A stretch of 64,000 nucleotides of DNA. It comes from Picochlorum sp. SENEW3. Taxonomy: Eukaryota. Both the position numbers and the translations under genes were made by a program. The first letter of the stretch is position 1; the number at the start of each line of letters is the position of its first letter. Under the pieces are notes generated by a model, which had not been told where the DNA came from, searched no databases, and saw only the letters and a program-made list of their open reading frames with translations. The stretch covers positions 124,001-188,000 of the forward strand of contig CP120462.1 of assembly GCA_034226945.1 (NCBI GenBank), in the 5' to 3' direction. This document shows, piece after piece, positions 48,141 to 60,358 of the stretch.

Positions 48141-48875
48141 ATGTTTCGATCAACGTATCAAACAGGGTTTATTTCCGTCTTCTATTCCATTGGGAGTGAT
48201 CCTCTGCAATTGTGGGACTCAAAGAGTGAGATCGTGTGTTTGTCCGTGTGAGTGTCTCAAGGCACTGAACTGACTTCTCTCGATGATTGCTGTCTGTAGG
48301 CGAGGATGGCAGTGTTGAGCGCCTCCTGGATGAGGATCTGAAAAGTACAGTGTTAGAATTAAAAGGAGCGAGTGTCGTAACGACCAGTATTCAGTGCCCC
48401 AGACAGAAGCTTGGTCCCTTGAGGTCCCTTGGCATCACCCTCCCATATATGGTGTTCTTGGTCAAGAATATGGAGCAGCCGTGTAGTTTTGAAGTGCAAG
48501 TTCTCGATAGTAAAAATGAGAGGAGAAGATTTCGAGCATCAACGTTTCAGGTGTGTGCTGGGCATTGATGCATGAGTGTTGTATTTCCTCCTCTTCTTTT
48601 TATTGTCCATGATGCTACTACAACTATGATTGCAGAAAAAGGTCAAAACGAATGAAGCGATTACGGCCATGCCGTTAAAATTGTCACCAGGATGGAACCA
48701 TGTTCAGTTTAATTTGGATGAATTTTTGCATACATGGTACTCGACGAGGTACAAGGAGACTGTGCACATACAGGTGCACGCAACATGTCGACTGCGAAGA
48801 ATTTATTTTACTGATGTTGCTCGTCCTGAATCAGACTTGCCACCAGAGTTTAGATTATTTGTTCCTGAGAAATGA
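48141..48875 (+). CDS. CFAP20: CFAP20/BUG22 (DUF667) homolog, divergent (3 exons)
   Basis: Exons 48141-48225 ([26 protein letters not shown]), 48300-48550 ([23 protein letters not shown]) and 48636-48875 ([28 protein letters not shown]). Confidence 0.92.
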
Positions 48876-48906
48876 TATTATTACATAAGTATTGTCTTGT
48901 AACGCA

Positions 48907-51900
48907 TTAGACATAGCCATATGGTTGCTGTCCGTAGGCACCTGGAACAGCTGGTCTCATCATTTGCTGTGGTTCTCTAGATGGCATCTGCTGCTGATAG
49001 CCTCTTGGGTTTTTCTTAAACTGCACTAGCATGTGTTCCACTGTGCCATAAATCTTTTTTCTGAAATAGAATCCGTCTGGGAGGACGATGAAATATTCTC
49101 TTCGAGGAGAAGAGCCGATAAAATGTCCGAGGAAGAAAGCACCAGGTCGATGCACATCTGCTGCAAGGCAGTAGGCTGCTTGATTCGGGGCTCTTTCCTT
49201 TTGCATACGTAATTCCTCTTGTATATCCTCCCAGGATTTAGCCGGGCCTAATTCTGGCCCACCATTCCATTTTCTGTGGGAGGAGAGAGCTCTCATGGCT
49301 GCTGCCACAGGATCAATAAACCTCACAACCAACTCATCCAGATCTTCGTATTCAAATTTGTGTCCAGGAATTGGCTCTACCTCAAGAGGCGTAGAGAGAC
49401 GCAAATTTGCTGCAGTTGGTCCCAGTTCTTTGATTCCAATGTTCCAAATCAAACCACCAGGCATGCACATGGTAATATACAGTCTCCTGAAGGACTTTGC
49501 AGCTGGACGGATGACTGCCACTCCAATTGGGCCAGCAAGAACTTCTGCTGAAGCTTCACCTGCAGTGATGTTCTTAAAGTATGGGTGGCGAATAGGTCTA
49601 ATAGTTATCTTCGACGTCTGCTTTGCCCCTTTCCTCTGGGCTTCCTCCTCCTGAAGGGTTTCCTTGTCAGGAATTGCATAGTACTCCTCTTGCTGAGCAA
49701 GATATTGATTCTCGTATTCCAAGTCGCTGTTCAGCTGATTGGAGGCCGTGGATAAATAAATGACACCATTGTCCGAGTCAATTGAAATTATTGCACCAAT
49801 GACCGTGTCTCCTGGTTTGAAGTAGTCTCGGCAATTGAGGACATTTTGTCTACTGCTCACCGAAGGAGCCTCAATGACTGCCTCTGTTCCATTCAATTCT
49901 GGGATGTTGCAAACAGCTGCCTCTTCGCTAACATAGCGGACTCTAGCCTCTACCTTTCTTCCAATTTTCACGCTGTATCTGTCCTCCCCAGCGACAAGCC
50001 AGAATATTTCCTCATTGCCTAGTTCCTTGAAATTTGGCCGAATTTCTCCGTATGGAGAGATCAATTCCATCTGGATATCAATCAACTTTGATAATGACAC
50101 AGATTCTTCTGATTGGGATGCATACTTTCTCATAAATTCTGCGAGATTTGTCTTATCCACCTTGTCAGGATGCTCCAACGCATACTCAACAAGAGAATCA
50201 TCAACCACATCAGCATTTGAAACTTCTCCTGCCAGAGCCATGGCTAAGTTGTAATCTTCAGGATGTATTCTTGTGTTGTCGATATAATTTGTTCCTAAAT
50301 TGCGGGATGCGTCAGATGAGGGACGAATGCTGAGGAAAGGAGCAGCGTTATGGAAAACACGAGGTCCCAAAAATCCAGACTCGACAAGATCATTCCTCTC
50401 CTCAACTGCTCCGTTATTTTTCAGGATCGTCTTCAATAGAGCTGCTGCCTTCCTGAATCCAAGACCTGGGACAAATGGAAGTACAGAAGATCTCCAATTA
50501 ATGCTCGCAGCCATGTTCAAATCAACCCCAAGTTGGGCGACAACTGAACAAATAACTTCTTCGAGATACCTTCCTTTCACCTCGTTTGGAATATATTTCT
50601 CCAACTGGTGCAACCTTACGGTCATTATCTCTTTATATTGCCCACAAATAGATGCAAGGACAGCGATGGGATCCAATGCCTCCCTTGCCAGTGCCACTGC
50701 TCTTCTAATTATTGGTGGGGAAGTTGGCAGCTCCATTTCTGCAGCATTGGAATTCTCCCAAGCCATTGCTATGGACTCGTCTGCAGGAAACTGTAAGATA
50801 GTACCCGTTTCAAGCGATGTCATCGCAATAGGATTGTCGGCCAGAATTTTCTCCAGGATTAGAGATAGATCTGCACGGAGAGACTTTGCCTCTGGATGGC
50901 CCATTCCTATGATGATGGCATGTGGTAGATGGGCTTCTATGAAATCTTTTAGTCTATTTGCATCTCTTGACTTTTTAGGATCGTCAAAAATAGAATACGC
51001 CTGGCCCTGAACGGTTCTTCGTTTAGGGATGAATCCTGAGAGCTGTGGGCAGTGCAAAAAGTCAATCAAAGAGCCATGGCCGTCAATGATCACAAGAGTA
51101 GAGGGGGGGCCGGCTTTATCACCAGCGCCATATACCGCAGCCATAATGCGCTTATCGTATACTTCTTCTCCGTCCTGGTCAAGTAGTGGCACCGGCGCCT
51201 TGACTGCATAGTTCCACAGGTTGTCTGCTGTTTCCTGAAGGACAACTTCCATGGCATCTGCTGCTAACCGCCTTCTGACTTCACTCTTGATAGATGGCAA
51301 AATATATTTTTCCACAGCCATATTGAGAGCCTCTCTTCTCAAATCATTCCATGTCTGAGACTGTTCAGTGAGGCCAGAGGACACGTACAGGTCCTGCAGT
51401 GGAGCAATCGCTGCTTGCAAATCTTCCTGAGGGTCTGCAAAATCGATTTCAAGTCTGACATACCCTTCCTGCTCTGCTGCGCTTAGTCTAAGAAACGTAT
51501 CTCTCCTTTTGAAAGATCGCAATGGCTTATTTCGTATTCTTTTTGCAACCCCTAGAGGATGGAAGGCATTCAATGCTGTCAGACCGGGTTGCAGAACATG
51601 GGTTGATACTGCTCCCTTGTTCCAAAATTGCTCCCTGATAGCCTTTCTCACAGCAGGCTCAGCACTAAGCGAGTGTGCCATCATCTTAATCGCACATTTG
51701 ATAACAAAATCCACATGAACAAATGCCGGATTCTCAGGGTTAACAAAATGCTCTAAAAATTCTGAGGGTTCTGACGATGGGTCTCCAGGTTCATTCACCT
51801 TGTATCCAGATTCTACATTCTCTGCAAATTCTCCAGGACTTATAGCAAATGACTCGATTGCTGTGTACAAACCACACTGTACCGCTAGCTTGAAGAGGCG

Positions 51901-53899
51901 ATTTCTCTCCACCTTTTTCGCCTTTCCCAGTGTTGGCTGATTTTCCTCATTCAGGTTGGACACTGTCAAAGCAGCCTTGAATTTGGATTCAATGTCATCG
52001 AGTGCTTCCATGGATGTAGAGTTTTCCAGAGCCTCGCCACAAGCTAAAGCAGCGGCGCTTTTTGCATCGTACTCTCCAGATTCAGCGGCAATCTGATTGT
52101 AAATGCCCCTCCTCTTCATTTTTCTATTTGTCATACTAGAGTATTTCAAGGCCAGCCTGTTCACCATGTATAAAATATCCCATCTTCGTATTCTCCTACA
52201 TTGAGCTTTGATAGCTCCTTGAGGCTCGGCAGCAGGATCATCCAGTGGCTCGTCAGCTGATCGAAGACACAAGAGTTCACCCAATTCATCCTTTCTGTAC
52301 ATGGCAATAAACGGTATGTCTTCATGGTCTTTGAATTTTCTCACAAGCAGGGCTTTAATAGATGTCTTGAGAGCTTTCTGTGCCTCCTCATTCTCCAACC
52401 ATGCCTCGAAATCATTCCCAAACCTTCCCATAAAAAGGCCTCTGTTTGACGAGGTCTCAGAAAACCCATTTCGCAAAGATTCGCTTGGCCAGTTCTCTCC
52501 CAACCACTGCAATGATACAATCAGGTAAGATGATATTCAACACATGTGTGCCATCAATAGATGTCACATACCTGCGGTGGATCTCCTTCCACTTCCCTCA
52601 CACCATCCTCGATTATGGTCCTTGCCTTGGACTCTGACTCAAAAATCAACTGCCTCCAAATCCACTCCGCACACGCATCACTTGTGAGAACGTCAACAGG
52701 GGCGAGAATGGACAATTGAATCTGTTCTCGCTCTGGAATATCAGTTTCTCTGATAATATCATCAGAAGGAAGCATAAAATGTCTTGCAGCTGCATCCGGA
52801 TCCATGCTGAGAAGCATGGCAGTATCTTTTTTCTTTGATTTCTTTTTCGATGCTCGCTGTGCCCTCATCTCCTCTGCTGCCTCTTCATCATCCAAATCAG
52901 AGGGCTGCAAGTCCCCGTATTCATCCGCCTCCTCTTCTTCCTCCTCCTCCTCAACCTCACCTTCTCGCTCCCTCCGTGCCATCTCATACCTTTCAAGATA
53001 CTCATCAACATCTCCAAAAATGGCATGAGCTTCTTCTAAAGCATTAATATCCACTCCGGGTATATTCGCCAATGCTGCTTGTTGCTTCCTTCTCCGCGCC
53101 TTTCGAGCAGCCTTGGCTGCCTCCTCACCCCCTTCAGCAGCAGCAGCCTCCTCAAACTCATCCACAATCCAGTCGTCTTCATCATCATCAAAGATATCAT
53201 CATCATCCCCACCATGTGCATCCTTTGCTGCATGCATCTCCTTGCCCCCTTCTCTATCCCCTCCAGTACCTGTGTCAGTCTTTCCAACGCCCTCCTCCCC
53301 AACATCATCCTCCAAATCCTCCTGGTCTGGCCCAAACAAATCTGCTTGCAAATCCTCTGGAGCCGCAAATTGATGCTGCGCTTCACCATCAATATCCCTC
53401 GCCTTCTTCAGGCGCCTATGCTGGGCTGGTCTCTGTCGACGAATCCCAGTATTCTCTTCCAACAGGTCGTAATCATCCTCTTCCAACACCAGCTCCCGAT
53501 GACGCTTGATTTTCTTCTTCTTCTTCTTCTCCTCCTCCTCCTCGCCACCTTCTTCTTCTTCATCTTCTTCCTCGCCACCTTCTTCGCCTTCCTTTGCTAT
53601 AAAATCGTCATTGAAATCAAAGTCGTCATCATCATCATCGTCGTCGTCCTCTTCGTCATCATCCTTCTCACCTCCCTACACACACAACAAAGATGTGAGA
53701 AAATTGTCCCCACCAAGCACCACGCCCACCTCAACCCGACAACAACACACACCTCGCCATCTCCACCATCAGAATCAGAAAATGAAGCATCTTCCTCCTC
53801 CTCTGGCAAACCATCCCCGCCAACCTCGTCGACGGCAACTGCCTGGCCAGACTCTTCCTCCTCCACCGCAGCCTTATCTTCAACAAACTGATCAGCCAT
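48907..53899 (-). CDS. SPT6: Transcription elongation factor/histone chaperone SPT6 (3 exons)
   Basis: Exons 53899-53753, 53675-52572, 52506-48907. Acidic N-terminus (LEEDDYDLLEEN), IRETDIPER, IPFIAMYRK, FVPGLGFRKA, DNTRIHPEDY, S1 and tandem SH2 (RPIRHPYFKN). Confidence 0.94.
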
Positions 53900-54064
53900 A
53901 CGTTCCTAATAAATTACTCTATCCAAATACAACGTCATACGCGGGTACTCTTCAAAAGACAAAACAACCTCAAAAAGAAGGTCTGATGTTGAGTGTCCCT
54001 TCGCCAGCACAACGACGCATCCACTCTTACACAAATAACTAGGTATTTAAATTAATTTTGTATC

Positions 54065-54550
54065 TTAGGATGGAGAGGAATCCTTCAATATGGCTTCTAC
54101 GATGGTCCCATGCATCCTGCCAAGCTTGTCAATGGCATTCTGAGCAGACTCTATAGCCTGTGCCATCTCACCATCCAACGCATCATTCTCCCGCATAAGC
54201 CTCTCTAATTCACCATCATCATCTCGAGTACCCGGACGACTGGTGACATCATCCGGGAGGGCATCTATACACGCCTTCACTGCAGCAAGAGACTGGCTGA
54301 CATTCTTTCCCAAGGCAGCAGCTGAAGCATCCACATCACCAGGAGCAGGTTGTCCTTGTACTGCTACCACATCCTCTCCTTGCAATGATCGAGGGGGTGC
54401 ATCCCGTTGAAGAGAACCAATCCCAACAAAGAGGTTCTCGCAGAGCAGTGCTAGTTCGTCCTGCAGTTTCGTCACTATGTCAAACGTGTCTTCTTCCAGA
54501 GCAACACCATCATGCCCTGCATCCTGTTGAGAGGGCTCTGCGTCATCCAT
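54065..54550 (-). CDS. MED21: Mediator subunit 21 (SRB7)
   Basis: DIVTKLQDEL..LFVGIGSLQRDAPP, IDALP, and C-terminal coiled coil LERLMRENDAL. Confidence 0.85.
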   Translation of the reverse strand: MDDAEPSQQDAGHDGVALEEDTFDIVTKLQDELALLCENLFVGIGSLQRDAPPRSLQGEDVVAVQGQPAPGDVDASAAALGKNVSQSLAAVKACIDALPDDVTSRPGTRDDDGELERLMRENDALDGEMAQAIESAQNAIDKLGRMHGTIVEAILKDSSPS

Positions 54551-54881
54551 CACGTTCAAACATTGAAAACTAATATCCTTTTGTCTATTTCTAACGATGG
54601 TTTGGACAGAGGATGATGGATGTATCTGTTCAAACATGTCCGTTTTTATACTTTTTATTCATGGAATTTGAGGAGGACAGCAGTTCATGCTGCTAGATAC
54701 CGCATGGTTGAGGCATATCAAGCAATAGTATTTATCCCTAGTTGTATTATAGTTGGTAAAAACTAGGCGCTGCTGGGATATGAGCATGTGTATGGTTCAG
54801 TTCTTCTCACACACGTAATTCTTCAGTCTGCTTTGGGTGTGGTTTGTAGTGATTGAACTAGAGAATATTCCAGTGTCGTAT

Positions 54882-56084
54882 ATGCATATTTCTTCATTTT
54901 GTTGGCATCAATTGTCTTTCGGTCGTGGGCGTGTGAGGGTATCACCGAATCAGTCGTCAAGGGCCCACGAGAGGTGGTCAGCAGCTGCTCAGGTACAGAG
55001 TGGCATAATGAGTAGCGGTGGTGGTGCACGAATGGGTGGTGGTGGTGGCGGGAGACAAGGGGGGATGTGGGCGCGTACATTGAAGCACATGATGCGGCGA
55101 CATGCGTACATGTCTCCTCCATATCTTGCTGTAGGGTTGGCAGTTGGTGCGACTGCTATTTGTGGGAGTGCGTGCATGTGGACGAGCTGTCATAAAGCAA
55201 CGAGCCCTTCTGGATATAATAGGTCTACTGTGGCATCAGATGGTATGGTTGGGCGATCGTATGCATCATCATCATCAGGTGAGGCACAGCAAGCATCATC
55301 AAAGACTATGAGGTTTGCGGCAGGAGCGTCCATGCTGCCGCATCCAGATAAAGAGCATCGTGGAGGAGAAGATGCATACTTTATTCATTCCAGCGAATAC
55401 TGCCTTGGGGTGGCAGATGGTGTTGGTGGGTGGGCAGAGGTTGGTGTTGATCCAGGATTGTACAGTCGGGAATTGATGAATCACAGCGTGTCTTTGTTGG
55501 ATGCGTTGGATTCAGAGATTGGTATACATTCTGGAACGCCACAGGACGTGTTGGAAGGGGCGCATGCAAAGACAAAGGCCAGAGGTTCGTGTACAGCATG
55601 TATCCTGTGCTTGTTTGAAGGTCGCGTGCATGCTGCCAATCTGGGAGATTCAGGGTTTTTAATTGCGCGACAAGGAGTTGTGGAATATGTATCGCCTCAG
55701 CAACAGCATGAGTTTAATTTCCCATATCAAATCGGAAGCCCGGATTCCATGTCTGACCTGCCATCTGCAGCAAATAGGCACGTGGTGGATGTGCAGCATG
55801 GGGATGTGTTGGTTGCAGCCACGGACGGTCTTTTTGATAATGTGTTCCCTGATGAAGCTGCTGCAATAGTTGGTATGTCGAAGGAGAAGGGGCATAGTCC
55901 AAAAGAAGCAGCTGATTTGCTGGCAAAGTTTGCGAGAACCAGGGCAGCAGATCCCAAGCATCTCTCTCCATTTGCATATGGAGCACAACAGCTTGGATAT
56001 AGATATCTAGGGGGTAAGATGGATGATATAACTGTTGTTGTCGCGTATATCCAGGAAGATGAGGAAGAAAAGAATGCAGAATGA
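54882..56084 (+). CDS. PP2C-family phosphatase, PTC7-like (start uncertain)
   Basis: LPHPDKEHRGGEDAYF, GVADGVGGW, GSCTAC, ANLGDSGF, QQHEFNFPYQI, ATDGLFDN, GGKMDDITVVVA. Confidence 0.93.
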   Translation: MHISSFCWHQLSFGRGRVRVSPNQSSRAHERWSAAAQVQSGIMSSGGGARMGGGGGGRQGGMWARTLKHMMRRHAYMSPPYLAVGLAVGATAICGSACMWTSCHKATSPSGYNRSTVASDGMVGRSYASSSSGEAQQASSKTMRFAAGASMLPHPDKEHRGGEDAYFIHSSEYCLGVADGVGGWAEVGVDPGLYSRELMNHSVSLLDALDSEIGIHSGTPQDVLEGAHAKTKARGSCTACILCLFEGRVHAANLGDSGFLIARQGVVEYVSPQQQHEFNFPYQIGSPDSMSDLPSAANRHVVDVQHGDVLVAATDGLFDNVFPDEAAAIVGMSKEKGHSPKEAADLLAKFARTRAADPKHLSPFAYGAQQLGYRYLGGKMDDITVVVAYIQEDEEEKNAE

Positions 56085-56493
56085 GTGACGGGTGTGTATG
56101 AAAATGTGCTTACATGACGAAAATACAAGCGTATGGTTGTTATCCTCTATGAATTGAATCTAGAAATGGTGACATGGTGCTAGATATCCGCAGCTAGAAC
56201 ACTAAATGATTATTTGTCACTAGTCACCACACTACAACAATCACTGCAATCCTCATAGCACAGTATGCATGTATCATGATCGTCAATTTCTCTCAGTATA
56301 TAACCCACACCGAGATGTAAAAAGTTCGCCATTCGATTCTGAAACTGTCTGTAAAATGCTATTTATCGCATATCGCCCCGGCTGCCGTCATCCTGCCTGA
56401 AACCTCACATCGCTGCTGTGCTCTATTGTTGTACTACCGTGACAATATTTCTATCACAACAGACGTGCTTGGCTGCAGGCATGACTCCTGCAA

Positions 56494-57290
56494 TTACTGG
56501 GGATCTACCCAATCAACTGGGACATCCCACTGCGTTTCGTCGGTATTAGAATTGTGATAATACTTTTCTCCACTAGGTGTTGAGTACTGGGTCCAGCCAT
56601 TCGGACCAGGAACAGGACATCCCGATTGCACCCAAAGCTGGTGTTCGGCACTACCTTCTCTATATCCTCCTTGGTGATGATGGTGACCACGCCCTCTACC
56701 TCCACCATACCCATCATCTCTAGAATTATGATAGTCTCCATATCGCCCTCTACCACGTCCCCTACCAGGGCCAGCATCATGCCTTGGAGGCAGCTGCCTC
56801 AATTCGTCATCACCGTGAGCAAAATTACATCTGTCTCCGAATCTACATTCTCCATTTTGCCATCTACACACGCGAAACAAACCCATCAGCCCACATGAGA
56901 TCACAGCAACTCAGTCCCCATCAGGGACCCCAGGCAATCGCCGGTCCTTCCCCCTCTTCCGAGGAACGCCGTTTCTGTCGACTTTGAAACCACCCTCCCC
57001 GACAGAATCCCAACCCCCATCGCGTGAATTATTCCAAATAGTCGATTTCTGAATGATGCAAAACCAATTCAACCCGGGCGACCGAGCGCCTGTCAGTGAT
57101 TGTCCCGACCAGTCGATCCGACGAACTCGAGGACTCTATCCTCTTCGACACAGCCACTCCATACAGTATACAAATGGTCTCCATACCTCATACAAATTTT
57201 TGTCTTGGCATTCTCAGCCGTTCCTCGGAAACCTCGCCTCTGCGGACGGTCTCTATTCCCGCTGTGATGGTCCATCTTCTGCTCCGTCAA
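56494..57290 (-). CDS. Small CCCH zinc-finger + RGG + WW-domain protein (2 exons)
   Basis: Exons 57290-57187 and 56863-56494 join KTKICMR|WQNGECRFGDRCNFAHG. GRGRGRGR tracts. WW domain GWTQYSTPSGEKYYHNSNTDETQWDVP. Confidence 0.88.
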
Positions 57291-57559
57291 GCACTAGGTC
57301 AATGGGTACAGTACAACTATATCCTAATCCTTTAACAGATGATATCCGTTATTATTTTGCGAATCATAGGAAGCTTGCCCGCCTCTAGAAGCCTGATAAG
57401 GACACAAAAGTATCAGATCAGCCCACAATACGGTCAAATGCTTCATTTGATCGGACCAAGTCTATCTCGCTTCTCTCTACCATGGAGCGCATGCGCTGTA
57501 CACAACGTTTCGATACTAGTCCACTGGGAGGCCATTCCATGTAATCTAAATTTACTCCT

Positions 57560-58768
57560 ATGAACAGTATACGGTTTTCTATGGCACATGTGCCACGTGT
57601 GGAGAGAATAGGTGGACATCCTTCTCTGCATTGGGGATGCCTTGACCATGCGCATATGATTCAGAGATGCTCCTCGATCTGCACTCGTGCCCAAAAGCAG
57701 GACGTATCTATTGTTCCAACGAGAAGATTGGGGACTCAGGAAGCAATGGAGGCATGGCAGCGGGCGAATTCTGCTGGCATGGAGACGAATCGAGTGCAGT
57801 CTTTGTATTCTTCTCAATTAGGTGGCATTGTGACCGATGCATGTATGATGGGGGTTAATGTGGATGAAAGTTTGGTGTTGCATGGTCATGGCGTGTATGA
57901 GCATGTGCGCGTTGTGGGTGGGTATGTGTATCAGCTGGACGACAGGGTTGACAGGCTGATGACGATGAGCGATAGAGCGAATATCCGATTGCCAAAGAAA
58001 TGGCATAAAGATCAATTGAAGAGGACTATTCTGGAGACGGTTGCCGCGGGGAAATGCATGGATGGGACTGTGACTGTTCTCTTGTCTTTGGGACGCAGCC
58101 ATGGTGTGGCCTATGGACTTGGTGCTCCAGACAATGCTCGTGATAGAGCGATGGAGGCAAACCTGTACATCATTGTGACCAAAGAACATCCTAGCAGAGC
58201 AGCATCAGATGAATACCTCAGGGGGTATCGGGTGAAGACGTCTCCCATCCCATGCAAGTATGGCTATTTTGCTCGCTTAAAATCCATGGATCGTTTCCAG
58301 GATACCATGGTGATGCTGGATGCGCAAGCGGATGGGTGTAATAGTGGGGTGTATGTTGACGAGCAAGGTCATGTAGCTGGGGTCCCTGAAGGAAATGTGG
58401 CATTTGTGATGAAGGGAGGTGTTTTGGTGATTCCTGAAACAGAGCATACGGTGGCCACATTGACAATGTCTAGGTTGATCGAGCTGGTGAACGATCATCA
58501 TCCTGAGGTCGATATTTCCAGAATTGAAAAGAGGCAGGTGTCGGTGGATGAGGCAAAGTCTAGCGAAGAGATGATGATTGTTGGTAGTCAATACCCTGTC
58601 ATGCCTGTGGTTGCATGGGACGGAGAGCCGATTGGAGACGGTGAAGCGGGCATTGTATCTCTGCAAATTCGTACACTACTGCAGACGGATGCATGTCCTC
58701 CAAAAGAGGGCGGCACAGACCTTCACACTGAGATTCCATATGGGTATATGACTGGCATGATGCAATAA
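57560..58768 (+). CDS. Class-IV PLP aminotransferase homolog (D-amino-acid transaminase/ADC lyase-like), plastid-targeted, degenerate active site
   Basis: LYSSQLGGIVTD, HGHGVYE, VKTSPIP..FARLKS, NVAFV, EEMMIVGS..VMPVVAWDGEPIGDGEAG. Confidence 0.85.
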   Translation: MNSIRFSMAHVPRVERIGGHPSLHWGCLDHAHMIQRCSSICTRAQKQDVSIVPTRRLGTQEAMEAWQRANSAGMETNRVQSLYSSQLGGIVTDACMMGVNVDESLVLHGHGVYEHVRVVGGYVYQLDDRVDRLMTMSDRANIRLPKKWHKDQLKRTILETVAAGKCMDGTVTVLLSLGRSHGVAYGLGAPDNARDRAMEANLYIIVTKEHPSRAASDEYLRGYRVKTSPIPCKYGYFARLKSMDRFQDTMVMLDAQADGCNSGVYVDEQGHVAGVPEGNVAFVMKGGVLVIPETEHTVATLTMSRLIELVNDHHPEVDISRIEKRQVSVDEAKSSEEMMIVGSQYPVMPVVAWDGEPIGDGEAGIVSLQIRTLLQTDACPPKEGGTDLHTEIPYGYMTGMMQ

Positions 58769-58824
58769 CAATATACAGTTTTTTTCTTACATAGTAAGTA
58801 AGATGATGTGTAATATATATAGGA

Positions 58825-60136
58825 CTATATAGGCCGTGATTTTGCTGCCTGCAGCACATCGAATTTGGAGTGTCGCTCTAAGGACACTGCTCCTGCCATG
58901 GTTGCAGCCAGGGCAGCAGTCAAAAGGGATATCTTCTGCTCCTCTGATCTCGAATCTGATATCCCTCGCATTGTCTTATGCAATTGGGGGAGTCTATCAG
59001 CGAAAGCAGCAATAGACTGCGCCATCTCTGGATCGTATGGAATCTTCCCTTGTTTCATAGAGATGAGAATATGCTGCAAATGTGTGACTCTCTCGATGAG
59101 AGCCTGTACAGAGCTATGCAATGCCAGCTGATGTGATTTCACTGCAATCATATTCAATCGCAATAGTACGGGCGTGCTATCAACTCTACTCGTCAAAAAA
59201 TCAACGTACTCATACTGCTTGATCTGGCTTTTCTATGTGATGCTTCCAAATTGCTAAATTGATTGACGACTATTCTTTCCATCTCTGATGATACAATATC
59301 GAACTTTGACACCGTAAAGACAGTGCTCTTACATCCATGCACCCCGTGATCTTCTGCATACACAGTGTCACAATAACATACTCACATTACAATGGTCTGA
59401 TACCATGTCTACGAAAGAATTACCACGTACGACTCTCATATAATGCCAAAGAAGACAATACATCTTCTTCATTCTCTTTCCCAGATACCGATGGATTATA
59501 GAGTAAGAATGCAGACGAGGCGTTCAAACGTAAAAATGTGCCATGGATATTCATGTCTTCATCAGAGACCTCAGACCCTGTCCTGTACCATCCCAACACA
59601 TCTGCACCTGGATGGACTTCTCTATCTGCACGGACACGTGTATTTGTATTATGAATCTTTCTATGCGATACACCATCTTGCAACCCGAGACCCATTCACA
59701 CATATGTAATACAGGGAATGAAGAATGCAGACGCACAAAGTTCTATTCTATTGTTCAAAAGGTCCATATCAATGCCTCTCGCTCCAGATCCATCCAGCTG
59801 CATCTCAAACGAACTCTGTACATCCACAGTACGCCCATGCTGCTCGCCCAACAGACACCCAATCGCAGCATGTACGGTATTCTTGGTATTGGGTGATTGG
59901 CCCTGTGCTTCTGTCAAGTTCAACTGGGCAGCTACTTTCACTCGCGTATAGTGATCTCCAATACGAAATAAGACCCTCTGTACAAAATATTGAATTAAAA
60001 GTCACCGTGATTACAACTATAGCCACGCGTTTGGACGTACCGGATGAATGTGAAACTCAAGTCCACTGGAGGACTGGGGAAACTCCTCAGCACCACCAGA
60101 TGGCGCTGTATCGATCTCCATCATGGTAGAACCCAT
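58825..60136 (-). CDS. CSN6: COP9 signalosome subunit 6 (MPN domain; 5 exons)
   Basis: Splicing gives GLEFHIHP|RVLFRIGDHYTRVK..IGCLLGEQHGRTVDVQSSFE..Y REVHPGADVLGWYRTG..SSEMERIVV..LHSSVQALIERV..RLP. Four GT-AG introns. Confidence 0.85.
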
Positions 60137-60358
60137 TTCTTGAATAGAAAATCGATTAAAATTGAGATGCGATATACCGTCATACCCATAATGTCGCTGG
60201 TTCTGTAAATTCAATAGGTCCGTAGTAATGTGTTCCCATTAAAAACATGCCTTGACCGATCGATTTGTAAACAGAGCGATCGCTCGGGTACATGAAAAAC
60301 TGTACCACACGCCTCGTGTGGAACTGAAACAACATAAAACGATTTCTGGAATTCATCA

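Noticed and set aside
45495..56349. Identical 14-mer ATTCTGAAACTGTC at 45495-45508 and 56336-56349, both non-coding
   Set aside because: Several 14-mer matches are expected by chance in 64 kb. There is no flanking similarity and no convincing snoRNA box C.
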